From assembly GCA_038087875.1 (NCBI GenBank), contig CM075981.1:12338001-12402000 (forward strand): 64,000 bases of DNA, in the 5' to 3' direction. Source of the DNA: Malacoraja senta. Taxonomy: Eukaryota. Below the pieces are notes generated by a model, which saw nothing but the letters and a program-made list of their open reading frames with translations, did not search any database and had not been told where the DNA came from. This document shows positions 52,430-64,000 of this stretch, one piece after another (position 1 is the first letter of the stretch; every line of letters starts with the position of its first letter). The position numbers and the translations under genes are program-made.

Positions 52430-53509
52430 CTTCATCTAAAATGTTAATTATTTTTTTGATTCATATTAATGCTTTATTGGCATAATCTCTTCAGCAGGAC
52501 CTAGCTTTATAAAGCCAGCCTATAGCACTAGGTGGTTTTAAGAACAAGAAGAAATTATTTTGAATTTAACACTGTACAATTTAATAGAGGTACTTGTTTA
52601 ATTTCTTCTTTCAAATTTAAAATAAAGCAGAGCAGTCACCAAATAAGCACTCCAGCAACTCAGTCTGTCACTACACCAAGTTCTAATTTAATTAAACATT
52701 ATATTGCATATTAATTAGTGATTACATTTCATAACTTTGTGGCAGACGAATTAGTTCAGAGTCTGGTATTGAAATTTTTCTATTGTCATGGCAAATTTCT
52801 ATGCTGTGCCAGAACTAAATTTGGAATGTAATTTTGCCTTGCATTAGCAGAACAAAGTAAAAAATGCTAACCAAATGATTTCACTGCACAGTACCTCAAC
52901 TGGTTAATGTTGTGAGCCTCCATGAATCTCTCCTCAGTACTGTACATCAAATTATTTTCAGGAAGAATGTGCTTCTCATGTGCTGGTTAGCTCTTAACCT
53001 GGAGCAACCTCTGCTAAAACTTTTGAAAACGACTAGACAGAGATTGTGGCAAGAGGAAATTAGCCTTCAGATTAAAAAGGTTTATAAAACCCCAAATCTA
53101 TCCATACCATTCCAGTTATCTTTCATCTTCGAAAACTGCTCAACTCGGCCGCGCCAAGGGAAAATTACATTATATCTGTTCAATTGGGCAACTTTCTTTT
53201 ATGCTAACTTCTAATGACAGGGGTGTAATTACACTGCGCAGTTTCTAATTACATATAGAAACTACAGAGAATACACCATCCACATTTTTTCTACCTGCAA
53301 ATCATAATCTGATCATCTCAATCTTTAATCCTGCATCCTGAAACGAGAACAGTGCAAATACTTGCACTGCTAGGATAGACCAACTAGCAAACGAAAAAGC
53401 TGTTAAATACTAAATGCTTCCGAACAAAGTCATATATGATTCACACTGAATTTTTTGGGAGTACATCCAATAATCTTTCATAGCATCCAAGTTATGATAC
53501 GCATGTCCA

Positions 53510-53625
53510 AAAATAAACTACAAACCTGCACTTTTTGGGGTGAAAGAGGAAAACCACGATGTTACAGGGAGAACGTGCAAACTCCACATAGACAGCACCT
53601 GAGGTCAGGACTAAACCCAGGTAAA
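53510..53625 (-). mobile_element. Degraded V-SINE (HE1-like) fragment
   Basis: Minus strand contains the V-domain string GTGGAGTTTGCACGTTCTCCCTGT. Confidence 0.65.
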
Positions 53626-54109
53626 CGCAGGTTGAAATTTTACACAAGCAGTAAATCTCTTCACTTATAATACCCATCATTATTTTACCAATGAATCAGA
53701 TAAATAAGAGTGATTGTGAACATACGTCAAGACAACTGTGTAAAAGTTAACCTTCCGACAGGAAAGAAATTACTGATTGTCAGATACATGCACCAGTTAA
53801 TTATATGATCTACAAGAGTGCACAACATTTTAGGGTTGAGGACCAAATCACCAATACAAATCACTTGCAATAAATATCTGTACCTTGTTGCGTGTTTAAA
53901 AAAATCACATTTTTGAAGACAAATACCAGAGGAGAATAAAGACCTAGTTTGTTCATATGGTTGTGGAACTTTTCAGTGATGATTGAAGGGGACTGATTGG
54001 GTCTCTGGTCATGGAGAAAACGAAGGGGACGTGTTTTTCATACATTGAGGACTTATGCTTAAAATGTATTGAATTTAAACAGAAAAGATTGATATGTGGA
54101 ACAAAAATC

Positions 54110-54680
54110 AAATTGCTGAAGTAGATCAAGCAGTATCTGTGGAGAGTTGGTGGGAGGGTTGGAACAAAGACTGTTCCATAGAGACAACATAAATATAGGC
54201 ATAGCTGGGGCCCACTCCAGTGCCCATGGATCTACATTTGATTTGTAAAAATTGTGAAGAATTGAAAGTCAAGCTGTTCAGAGTAATAAATTCTTCCTAG
54301 CAGTTAGGTGTCCATCGAGATGAACTTATTGGGTCTTTGTTTCAGAAAATAGAGGGCCCCAAACCCTTCCTGGTGTATAAAGACGATGTCCACAATGAAA
54401 ATGAAGTGTGAGAGCCAGGGAATTGGAAGCTGTCAAAACACAAGAGGTGTGCTGAATATAGCTGGGAAGGCACTGAACAAGTCAAAACAGGATAGAGTTG
54501 AGGCATAGTGACAAGTACAGTCGCATAAGAGCAGCCAGACGTAACAGGTCCTATCTGTGGAGTAGATTTAATTTAACAGAATGAAAGATTAGAGAATTAT
54601 GATAGTTTCACTCAATGGTGAAGGGGCATGGGAGTGAGAAATTTGGTGCCCACGGGTGGAGTAGGGAGAAATAACCACCA
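54110..54680 (-). mobile_element. Degraded Penelope-like RT fragment
   Basis: Minus-strand TLNSLTFNSSQFLQIK..SMGTGVGPSYA, similar to the PLE RT motif G.AMG..MGPSYA. Confidence 0.65.
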
Positions 54681-54751
54681 TATTAAAAAAAAAAACCTAG
54701 ACGAGGACTTAATGAATCATAGCCTATGGGTCTATGTAGGATAGTAGGATT

Positions 54752-55605
54752 ATTCAATTATTCAATTCTTATTATTTATTTGTCATTTGGAGAAATTTGT
54801 CATTTGGACCCCGTTGAGGTCCAAACGAAATATCGTTTCTGCAGCCATACATTACAAAACGAAGAAGACCCGAGACACAACACAATTTACACATACATCC
54901 ATCACAGCGCTGTGATGGAAGGCAAAAAAACGTATCTCTCCACTGCACACCCCCCCCGATGTCAGAGTCAAAGTCAAAGCCCCCGGCGGGCGATGGTGAT
55001 TATCCTGCGGCCATTAAAGCCACGCCGGTTAATGCAAGGTCACGCACCGGGTCTTGGTGTTAAGAGCCCCGGCGCGCTCGCAAAGGACTGCGGCCACTCC
55101 AAGCCGTGCGGGGCGACGATGTAAAGCCCCGCTCCAGGTGCTCTTCAACTCCGCAACTCGGGCGGGAGAAGCCGCCGCTGCGGAAGCCCCGAAAAGCGGT
55201 CTCACCCCAGGGGCCCGCGGGCTTCCGGTGTTGCCGTCCGCCAGACCCGTGGTTGTAGCCTCTGAATCTCCGGGGATCGGGTAGCAGCAGCGATTGTCTC
55301 CACCACAGCTCCACCCACTCCGGACTCGGCCAGCCCCGTGACAGTGAGTAGTCCGCAGCTCCGCAACTGGAGCCCCAGGTCGTTCCTGCTGGAGGCCGCT
55401 CCACGTTGCCCAGCCCCAACGACAACGGAGACCCGACAAAGAAAAGGTCGGGTCTCTCGTGCAGGGGAAAGATTTAAAGTTTCCCCACCCCCCGACACAC
55501 ATACCCCGACAAAAAAATAATAAAAACTACATAAAAACGAGACAAAAATAATAAAAAGACAGACGGACCGCAGAGGCCGCTGCTGACGAGTCGCGCCGCC
55601 CACCG
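54752..55605 (-). mobile_element. GC/CpG-rich non-autonomous retroelement with a Rex1-like 3' tail
   Basis: Sharp GC-rich block without a credible ORF. On the minus strand it ends ...CCAAATGACAAATAAA followed by TTGAA-type repeats. Confidence 0.55.
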
Positions 55606-56518
55606 AATAGTGAGTTCAGGATTAACCTTGAACTCATTTTAGCCAGCATTAATATGGGCTGAATGGTCTTCTGTGCCTTTATTTTCTACGATTCGGAGAA
55701 AAACCATGATTTTAAAAACAATTTGTTTACCAACTAGAAACTGGTTAGACAGAATTTGCTGACCAACTATCATTCATTCTACTGTGATTACATGCTGGAC
55801 ATCTGCTTGTCAGCAAATGAAGTTTACTGCTATTGCTGTTGACTTCAGTTAATTATTTTAAGATGACTTTGGAGATGGAGACATGGTCATTGAATGATAC
55901 AAAGTTGATTAGTTTGCGTTGCCAACCAGCCAGTGCAAGCTGGGTGATGAAAATCTTCACAATTACAAGGTTTGTGTCCATTTCATTGAAGGCTGTTACA
56001 CTTCTTAAAAAGAACAGTTGCACTTTAAACAGCTTTAAGCATTAAAATAAATTTCAACACCCACATGAAAGAACTGGAGCCCTAAAGTTTCTACCTAATC
56101 CAATCTCGAATGATCTTTGTATGCTTTCTGTGCATTACTTTACCAGTGTCAAACCTTTCAACCATTTCTGGTCTACCATCAAGCTCCCTTTATAAACTAA
56201 TTGTTGTTCCAGCCTGAATTGTTGGGATGCGTTCTATGAAACAGACTTAATTCCAAATCTACATGCCCCAATGAAATCCCCATAATTTGGATAATTTGTG
56301 ACACAATTCCATCTGCTCACCTTTGCCCCATCAAAGCCCCAATTTTTATCTAAATGTGCAGTTATTAAAGGAATGAAAAATTAGCAAGATTAAATGGTCA
56401 CAGATTAAAGACATATTTCTCTATAATGTAATAGTTTCTTCCAAGTGAAAAGGCATATCAATAAACACCTCAGGCAAAATTTGTTTACTCTCAGATAATA
56501 TCCAAGTGAATCACATAC

Positions 56519-56871
56519 CTTGAAGCGATGTTGAATATTGCACTTGCACTGCTGTCTGATCTGTTTAGCACACGTTCGTTTACAAATGCTGGGTGGACAA
56601 AGAGAGAAGGATCTATCAAGCTAGCAGAGAATTCCTATTCTTGCTGCACTAGAGAGCATCCCAGGACAGCAACAAGAAGTGTAGAAGGTCTAGCAGCGTT
56701 GGGAAGTGCTATTTGTAGGCTGTTGAGTAGGCACAAACTTCTGTTTCGGATCAAGTTTTCAGCTGTAGTTTGCTCTTTGGTTGTTGTTCAGCTTAATTTT
56801 CTATTTCTCGACGTGATCCGAACTTGAAGCAGCAGTTTCAGATGGTAAATTCAGTTATATTTCACTTCATA
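56519..56871 (-). other. CSDE1: CSDE1 non-coding 5'UTR exon (human exon 2 equivalent, UNR IRES region), 353 nt
   Basis: Acceptor tctttccag|TATGAAGTG, donor CTTCAAG|gtatgt. Blocks CTGAAACTGCTGCTTCAAGTTC, GAAGTTTGTGCCTACTCAACAGC and AGCACTTCCCAACGCTGCTAG match the mammalian CSDE1 5'UTR as recalled. Confidence 0.88.
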
Positions 56872-57142
56872 CTGGAAAGACAATAGAATCAATGTTAAAA
56901 TTGGAAGTGCTGGAAGCACTGACGGTTAAACAGCATTGGAAATAATCAGATCCAGCATTTTGGGTCAAGGACCCTTGGCATAACCATTTGATAGCTTTGC
57001 TCCATTTCAAAAATGATTGAAATGCAAGTCTTTAAACAGTTTTAAAAGTCAAGGAAACCCCACAGCAAGTTGAGCTGCTCCAATAAAAACTGAGCCATTA
57101 AGAGCTAAAAATTGGAACCTTCTGCACAATAGAGAAACGTAC

Positions 57143-57216
57143 GCGTTTCGGCCCGAAACGTTGCCTATTTCCTTCGCTCCATAGATGCTGCTGCACCCGC
57201 TGAGTTTCTCCAGCAT
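57143..57216 (+). mobile_element. Short Penelope-type terminal fragment with target-site duplication
   Basis: tttcggcccgaaacgttgcctatttcc...ctccagcat flanked by TAGAGAAAC at 57130-57138 and 57217-57225. Confidence 0.75.
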
Positions 57217-57399
57217 TAGAGAAACATACAAGATGTACACGTTTATTGTAAGTAAATTAGGGGTTGTTGATTTATTGTAAGGACACCATACCTTACTTGC
57301 AGTTTCTATATCTCTATTGAATCTGCTCTCAGAACATCCACGCTATCCTCACTCCAGCAAGTATGGATTTCCCCATCAGTTGCAGATGGAACCCTAATC

Positions 57400-58860
57400 C
57401 ATGTCGCCCGTTACCCAGTTTTGCTCTTTCCCCCTCCTCCCTGACAGAACAGGGGTTGAGTTAACCTGCTACCACCTTTCACCCCATCAGTCTCCATATC
57501 CAAACCCTCATTCTTTGCCATTTCCACCACCTTCAATATAATCCCACCACCAGTCCCACCTTCACATCTCTACCCCTATCTGCTTTTTGCACTCTTCATG
57601 ATTCCTTTATTTGCTCATTTATTTCCACCCTGCCCTGATCCAGTTGTTCCCTGCAACCACAGGAGGTTCAACATCTGTCCCTACACCTCTCATCTCCATT
57701 CGCTGCCCTTGATTTAGCCTTTTCTACATTGGCGAGACCAAGCATAAACTAGGCCACCATTTCACCATACACTGTACTTTGTCCACCAAGGCCTGATGAT
57801 CTGCTGTGTGGTAACCATTCTAATTACCCTTCCCGTAGGGTTCTTTCTGTCCATGGCCTCATTCATTGCCAGAACGAGGCCACAAACAAAGTTGAATAGG
57901 AGCACCTCATATCCCGCTTGAATAGCTTACAATGTAATGGCATGAATGATGCTGAAACAACGAACTGCAGATGCTGGTTAATACACAAAATGACACAAAG
58001 TGCTGTAGGACGACAGATGGCGCAATGTGCTAAGTGTTCGGCTGGCAACCGGAAGGTAGCCGGTTCGAACCCCGCTTGGAGTGCATACTGTCGTTGTGTC
58101 CTTGGGCAAGACACTTCACCCACCTTTGCCTGCGTGTGATTGTGTGTGAATGTGTGAGTGATTGGTGGTGGTCGGAGGGGCCGTAGGCGCAGATTAGCAG
58201 CCACGCTTCCGTCAGTCTACCCCAGGGCAGCTGTGGCTACAGAAGTAACTCACCACCACCGAGTGTGACTGAGGAGTGAATGAATAATGCGATGTAAAGC
58301 GCCTTGAGTATTAGAAAGGCGCTATATAAATCCCATCCATTATTATTATTATTAACTCAGTGGATCAGGCAGCATCTCTGGAGAACATGGATAGGTGATG
58401 TTTTGTGTTGAGCCCCTTCTTCAGACTGATTGTAGAGGGCAAGAAGAAATATGGAAGAGGGGAGAGGCAGGACAAGACATGGCAGGTAATAGTTGAAGAC
58501 CAGTGGGGGGGAGGAAGGGGGTTGATCGGCAGATGATTGGAACAAACAGAAATAAAAGCAGAAAGTTAAGAGGCAGGATTGAAGAGTTGTACACTGTGAA
58601 GACAGAGGAAAGTAGCAAGAGGGGAGAAATAGGTAGGAGTTACTGACTTTGCTGCCCTCAGCCTTCTCCACTGCCAGAGTGAGGCCACGTGTAAACTGGA
58701 AGAACAGTACCTTATTCTGCTTGGGTCGCCTACATCGAGCACATGAACATTTTGAATTCTCCAATTTCATGTAAAATGCCCCAGCGCCCTTCTCATCCAC
58801 CCAGTTTCCCACACGTGCACACACTTCCTCCCACACCCATTTCCTTTCCCTTCTCCCTAT
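57400..58860. mobile_element. Penelope-like fragments in mixed orientation, interrupted by the tRNA SINE
   Basis: FYIGETKHKLG at ~57722-57755; minus-strand terminal repeat at 57960-58630; plus-strand EEQYL-type C-terminus at ~58650-58775. Confidence 0.75.
58008..58353 (+). mobile_element. Full-length tRNA-derived SINE with L2-type tail (AFC-like)
   Basis: A box TGGCGCAATGTG at 58018-58029, B box GGTTCGAACCC at 58062-58072, core GTGTCCTTGGGCAAGACACTT. Tail TGTAAAGCGCCTTGAG...AAAGGCGCTATATAAAT..(ATT)n. It interrupts a Penelope-type terminal repeat. Confidence 0.9.
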
Positions 58861-58919
58861 TCATAGTCCCCCATTTTTATTTTCCACCTCTACCCCATTA
58901 CAAGATGTGTAGATAGATT

Positions 58920-60310
58920 ACAGAATATAAAAAGCAACATCCATGAAGACAAAGGGATGGCTGACTTTAATCCCAACAGTAATTAGGATTCTGTTAGTGC
59001 AAAATGCACTAACAAGGCAGAATTTCTTGAAGCAGCAAGAGGATAGTCCAACTCAAGGAGGGAACATATTGGACCTTGCATTGGAAAATGAGCATGGCCA
59101 GGTGAAAGGTGTTTCAGTGAAAGAACATTTTTGGAACAATGTTCACAATGACATACATTTTAAGATAGTTATGAATATGGATAAGTCTGGACTTCAGGGA
59201 AAGTAGTGAATTAGGGCAAGGCAGATTATAACATTATAAGGCAGGAGATAGAGAGAAAAATTGGGAGCAGCTGACATTGGACAAGTTCACACATCATTCA
59301 TGTGGGAGTAGTTTAAAGACTAACTAATTAGAGTGAAGGACGGGCCGCATGTTCCAGTAATGAGAAGGAATAAGGATGGCAAGGTAAGGGAACCCTGGAT
59401 GAAGAGGACGACTGAATTTGGTCAATAAGGAAGCATGTGTAATGTTTAAAAAGATGCAATCAGACAGATTCTTTGAGAAAAATGAATCAAACTGGAAAGA
59501 ACACAAGGGAATTTGAAAGGCCAAAAGGACCCATGAAATGTAATTGGCAAGTTAGATTAAAGAAAATCCCTAGGCATTTTATAACATACATTAAAAACAA
59601 GAGGGTAACACTGGGAGAACGTAGGACCACTCAAGGTTAACTGAAAGAATTTATGCTTAAAATAAGAGGATGTAGGAAAGGTACTAAGTGAGTACGTTGC
59701 AGCTGTATTCATCATGGAGAAGGACATGAGGACAGCGAGATCAGTGTAGAGAATATTAATATGCTAGGGCAGTTTGAAATCAAGAAGGTGGTGGTGTTGG
59801 ATCTCTTAAAAGCACTAAATTAAGATTGATAAATCCCAGGGACCTGATAGAATTTAGCCCAGGTTATGGAAAGAGGCAAGAAAGGAGATTGCAGGGGTCT
59901 TAACGAAGATCTTTACATTTTCCATTGCCACAGGCAAGATCTCGGAGGACTGGAGAGCAGCCAATTTTGCTTCCATGTTTAAGAAACTGTAGATAAACCA
60001 TGAAATAATAGGCTGGCAAGCCTTGTGTCAATGGTAGGGAAGCAAATAGGGAGGATTCTTCAGAATGGAATTTACTTGCATTTTGAAGATAATGGGTTAA
60101 TTAGGGAAAGTTAGCACTTTTTGTCCGTAGAAAGTCTTTTTGAAAAGGTGATGAAGGTGATTGATGAGAGTAAAGCAGTGGGTTGTCTACATGGATTGTA
60201 GAAAGGCAAAAGGTTGAGGATTTTAGATAGGCACATGGATATGGATCACATGCAAGAGGATATTTAGTTTAACATGGCAGCAATGTTTGGCATTGACACT
60301 GTGGTCTCAG
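58920..60310 (+). mobile_element. Degraded CR1 ORF2 (endonuclease end to RT start)
   Basis: SPTQGGNILDLAL.NE.GQV..VSV.EH; IKENP.AFY-like and PGPD-like remnants. Confidence 0.78.
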
Positions 60311-60453
60311 GATCCTGTTGCCTGTTTGTACTCGTTCAAAAACAAGAGGAGAGGTGTGGTTGGATTGTTTTGAAGAGTACAACACAGGAACAGGTCCCTC
60401 GGACCACAGTGTCAATGCCAAACATGATGCTGAGACCAATTCCTGTCTGCCTA

Positions 60454-61760
60454 ATAATAATAATAATAATAATACATTTTATTTATATAGCGCTTTTCAA
60501 GGACTCAAAGTCGCTTTACATTGAGAGTCAAAAACAAAACAGACAGTAAGACAGAGATGCAAAGGGGAGGGGGACATGGGACTAAGGGTATGCAGAGGTG
60601 AAGAGATGGGTCTTGAGGCGGGACTGGAGGATGGTGAGGGACTCAGAATTTCGGATCAATTGTGGGAGGAAGTTCCAGAGCCTGGGAGCTGCCCTGGAGA
60701 AGGCTCTGTTTCCAAAAGTGCAGAAGTTGGGATTTCGTAATGGAGAGGAGACCGGCTGATGTGGATCTGAGGGACCGTGAGGGTTGGCAGGGGGAGAGGG
60801 AGGTCAGTGAGATAAGGGGGGGCCAAGTGGTTGAGGGCTTTGTAGGTGAGGACCAGGATTTTGTAGATGATCCGGTGGGAGATGGGAAGCCAGTGAAGTT
60901 CTTTGAGAACTGGGGTGATGTGGTGCCAGGATTTGGTGTGGGTGATGAATCGGGCGGCTGCATTCTGGACCAGTTGGAGTCGGTTGATGTTGCTGGAATT
61001 AATGCCAAAGAGAAGAGAGTTACAGTAGTCCAGTCGGGAGGAGATGAAGGCATGGATGAGTCTTTCAGCAGCGGGGGGGGGGGGGGGGGGGGTGGGGAAG
61101 GGAGAGGGTCTGATTTTGGCAATGTTGCGGAGGTGAAAAAATGATGTTTTGACAACATGGCAGATGTGAGGCTCAAGGGAGAGGGTTGAGTCAAAGATCA
61201 CGCCAAGGTTGCGGGCCTGAGGAGATGGGGAGACAATGGTGCTGTCAATAGTGAGAGTGGGATTGTTAATTTTGGTAAGTGTTGATTTGGAACCAATGAG
61301 AAGAAATTCTGTTTTGTTACTGTTTAATTTAAGGAAGTTGAGTTGCATCCAAGATTTGATGGCTGACAGGCAGGAGTTGATATGGGAGAGAGGGGGGTGG
61401 TGGGGGGACTTGGTGCCGAGATAGATCTGGGTGTCATCAGCATAGCAGTGGAAGTCCAGGTTGAAGTGACGGAGTATATGACCAAGGGGGAGGATGTAGA
61501 TGATGAAGAGGAGGGGACTGAGAACGGAGCCTTGGGGAACGCCTTGAGTGACAGTGGCTGTGGCAGAGGTGTGGTTATGGAGAGAGAGAGAGAGAGATGA
61601 AGTGGGATCGGTTGGAAAGGTAGGAACGGAGCCAGCTGAGTGCAGAACCTTCAATGCCAAGTTCTTTTAGTCTGGTAAGCAGGATGTTATGGTTCACGGT
61701 ATCGAAGGCTGCACTCAGGTCGAGGAGGATGAGGATGTTGAGGGAACCAGTATCAGCAGA
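60454..61760 (-). mobile_element. 5'-truncated L2-clade LINE (RT C-terminal half plus 3' tail) inserted in a CR1 3' end
   Basis: GVPQGSVLSPLLF, YADDTQIY, LKLNSNKTE, FISSRLDYCNSL, LHWLPI. Tail TGTAAAGCGACTTTGAG...AAAAGCGCTATATAAAT..(TAT)n. Flanked by GCCTA at 60449-60453 and 61761-61765. Confidence 0.92.
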
Positions 61761-63610
61761 GCCTACACATAATCCATATCCATGTGCCTAACTAAAGGTC
61801 TCTTAAATTACACTATTACATCCGCTACCACCACCACCACTGGCAGCACACCACCATTTAAGTAAAAAAACATGCCCTGCACATCTCCTTTAAACTTTGC
61901 CCCTTTCACCTTAAAGCTATGCTCTTTAGTATTTGATATTTCAATCCTGGCAAAAAAGATTCTGATTGTCTTCCCTGTCAATGCCTCTTTAGTTTTATAC
62001 ACTTCTATCAGGTCTCCCCTCAACCTCTGGCATTCTAGGGAAAACGATCCAAGTCAGTCCAACCTCTCCCTGTAAACAATACCTCTAGATCATTCTAATA
62101 AATCTTCTCTACACCATCTCCAAAACCATCACATCCTTACTGTAATGGATGAGCAGAACTGCACGCTATACTCAAATGCAGCCTAACCGAAGTCCTATAA
62201 AGCTGCATCATGACTTCCTGACTCTTATACTCAATGCCTGATCTATGAAAGCAAGAATACAGTGCCTTCTTTACCACCCTATCAACTTGTGTTGCCATTT
62301 TCAGGTAGTTATGAACTTGGATCCTAAGATCCCTCTGTACATCAATGCTGTTAAAGGTCATGACAGTAATTGCACATTTCCCCCTCACAATTGACCTCCC
62401 AAAGTGCAACACCTCACACTTGCTCAGATTAAACACTACCTGCCATTTCTTGAGCTGATCTATATCCAGTGTGTACTTTAATAGTCTTCCTCACAGAGAG
62501 CGACTGCAACAATTTTGGTGACATCTACAACCCATCTACATTTACGCCCATGCAATTTAGGTATATTACAAGCAACAAAGGTTCCAGCATAGATCCCTGC
62601 AGAACTCCATTGGTCAGACCTCCAGTCTGAATATTGTTCTCCCACCACAACCTTTGGTTTTCTACCAGTAAAAGCCCTGTCCCACGGTACGAGTTCATTC
62701 CAAGAGCTCTCCCGAGTTTGCCCCTGATTCGAACTCGGAGATTTACGGTAATGGCCACTTGTCGGTACTCGGGGCTCTCGTGGACATTTTTCAATGTGTT
62801 GAAAAATCTTCACGAGTCTCCCCGTGCTTACCTGCAGTTAGCGAGTCTTCCCGAGTACCTGCCGTTCGCGTAACGAGCCGCTAGAAGACGTCCCCCAGCT
62901 CCGACGTACCCGCCAATTTCTTTCTCCCATGCTTACCACAAGTTTGATTTTTTTAAACTCGGGAGAGTTCTTGGAATGAACTCGTACCGTGGGACAGGGC
63001 TTTTAGCCAGTAATGAATCCATGTGAACAAGTCACTGTTAATCCCATGCATCTTCATTTTGAGGATCAGCTAACCATGGGAGACTTTATCAAGTGCGTTA
63101 CTAAACTGTATCCACCACCCTACCGTTATCAATCACCATCACCTCCTCAAACAATAAAGTTAGTAGGACACGACCTGCCAAGCACAAAGCTTTGCTGACT
63201 GCCCCCAGCTAACTTATCCTTTTCGAATGAAAATAAAACATATCCTGGAGAATTCTTTCAGAGCCTCCTTAACACCAAGGCTCATCAGTATATAATTTTA
63301 TATCAAATCTCTCTATTTCCCTTCTTAAACAAAGGAACAACTTTGGCTACTCTCCAGTGCTCCAGGACCTTCCCCGTGACGAGAGAAGACAAAGATCTTC
63401 GTCAAATCTCCTGCAATCTTTATTGCTCTCTCAATAACCCAGGACTGATTCCATCAGGCCCTGATAATTTTATCCACCTTACTACTCCTCAAGAGCCCCA
63501 ACACCACTTCCTTTATCTCAAACTGCCCTTGCATATTAATATTCCACATCCTTCTCCTTGGTGAAAACAGATGCAAAGTACATGTTAGTACTTTGCCTAC
63601 ATCCCTTGAC
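61761..63610 (-). mobile_element. Degraded CR1 LINE (host of the L2 and the MITE; its 3' end continues at ~60350-60453)
   Basis: MRGDLIEVYK, FNLSKCEVLHFGR, NGVLQGSMLEPLLLVIY. Confidence 0.85.
62672..63002. mobile_element. MITE, PIF/Harbinger-like (331 bp), nested in CR1
   Basis: 48-bp near-perfect TIR AAGCCCTGTCCCACGGTACGAGTTCATTCCAAGA.CTCTCCCGAGTTT; flanks TAA and TTA. Confidence 0.82.
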
Positions 63611-64000
63611 CTGAAGCACACATTTCGTCCCTTGTCTCTATTTCACATTACAAATCTCCTATTCGGTCTTTATCGATTCCATATCTGTACTTTCCAATTA
63701 ACTTCACCTCCATCAGTTGTTACTATCTCCCTCATCTGCCAACCATCCCTTCCTCATCATAATCCACCTATCATTTCCAATTTTGCCCCAACCCTTCCCC
63801 TCAGCCCTCTTTACGAGCATCTTCTCCTCTATCCATCAGTTTGAAGAAAGGTCCCAATCCAAAACACCACCTGTGCATTTCACTCTACAGATGTCTGACC
63901 TGCTGAGTTCCTCCAGCACAATTTTTGCTCAACATCCAGCATCTGGAGTCTCTTGTGTCACCATTAATCACAGCAATAGCTTCATAATAGTTTATCGTTC

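Larger units (their letters stand above)
4151..56871 (-). other. CSDE1: CSDE1/UNR gene span visible in window (5'UTR exon through the exon ending ...PQLGDK); continues beyond both window ends
   Basis: Eleven spliced coding exons join in frame into a 490-aa protein beginning MSFDPNLLHNNGH, with repeated cold-shock-domain RNP motifs (YGFI/FGFI, FFH). It is colinear with human CSDE1 as recalled. Confidence 0.97.

Noticed and set aside
54950-55605. CpG-island promoter/first exon of CSDE1, or real GC-rich ORFs
   Set aside because: It lies downstream of the 5'UTR exon, has a retroelement tail, and its overlapping ORFs on both strands reflect GC richness.
58008-58085. tRNA gene
   Set aside because: A and B boxes are present, but it continues into a SINE body and L2 tail without a convincing cloverleaf or terminator.
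1-64000. NRAS or other neighbouring genes, snoRNAs, miRNAs, prokaryotic-type systems
   Set aside because: The window lies inside CSDE1. I found no RAS exons, no convincing C/D or H/ACA structures by eye, and no operon-like organisation. An Rfam/Infernal scan would be needed to exclude small RNAs.

Overview
This is vertebrate genomic DNA, not prokaryotic. It is AT-rich and repeat-rich, and the repeat families (Penelope-like, CR1, V-SINE, Tc1) suggest a cartilaginous fish, probably a skate or ray (inference). The whole window lies inside one minus-strand gene, CSDE1/UNR (cold-shock-domain RNA-binding protein). I read the non-coding 5'UTR exon (56519-56871), an alternative N-terminal coding exon (42061-42202) and 11 consecutive coding exons from the main ATG at 40054 down to 4151 (1470 nt, 490 codons, all GT-AG and phase-consistent). 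I did not find the first exon/promoter or the C-terminal exons in the window. The introns carry a nearly intact Passport/Eagle-like Tc1 transposon, an internally deleted CsRN1-clade Gypsy provirus with both LTRs, an L2 LINE with a teleost-AFC-like tRNA SINE sharing its tail, many Penelope-like fragments (one with an intact hammerhead core on the sense strand), Helitron/Helentron-like repeats, Harbinger-like MITEs, and CR1/Rex1 debris. There is one assembly gap (34492-34623). Most short ORFs in the supplied track are spurious. I cannot support a wholly new biological system. The best leads are candidate regulatory exons of CSDE1 (alternative last exon, poison exon, microexons), the deeply conserved 5'UTR, and possible horizontally transferred elements. 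Comparisons to human or teleost sequences are from memory, not from searches.
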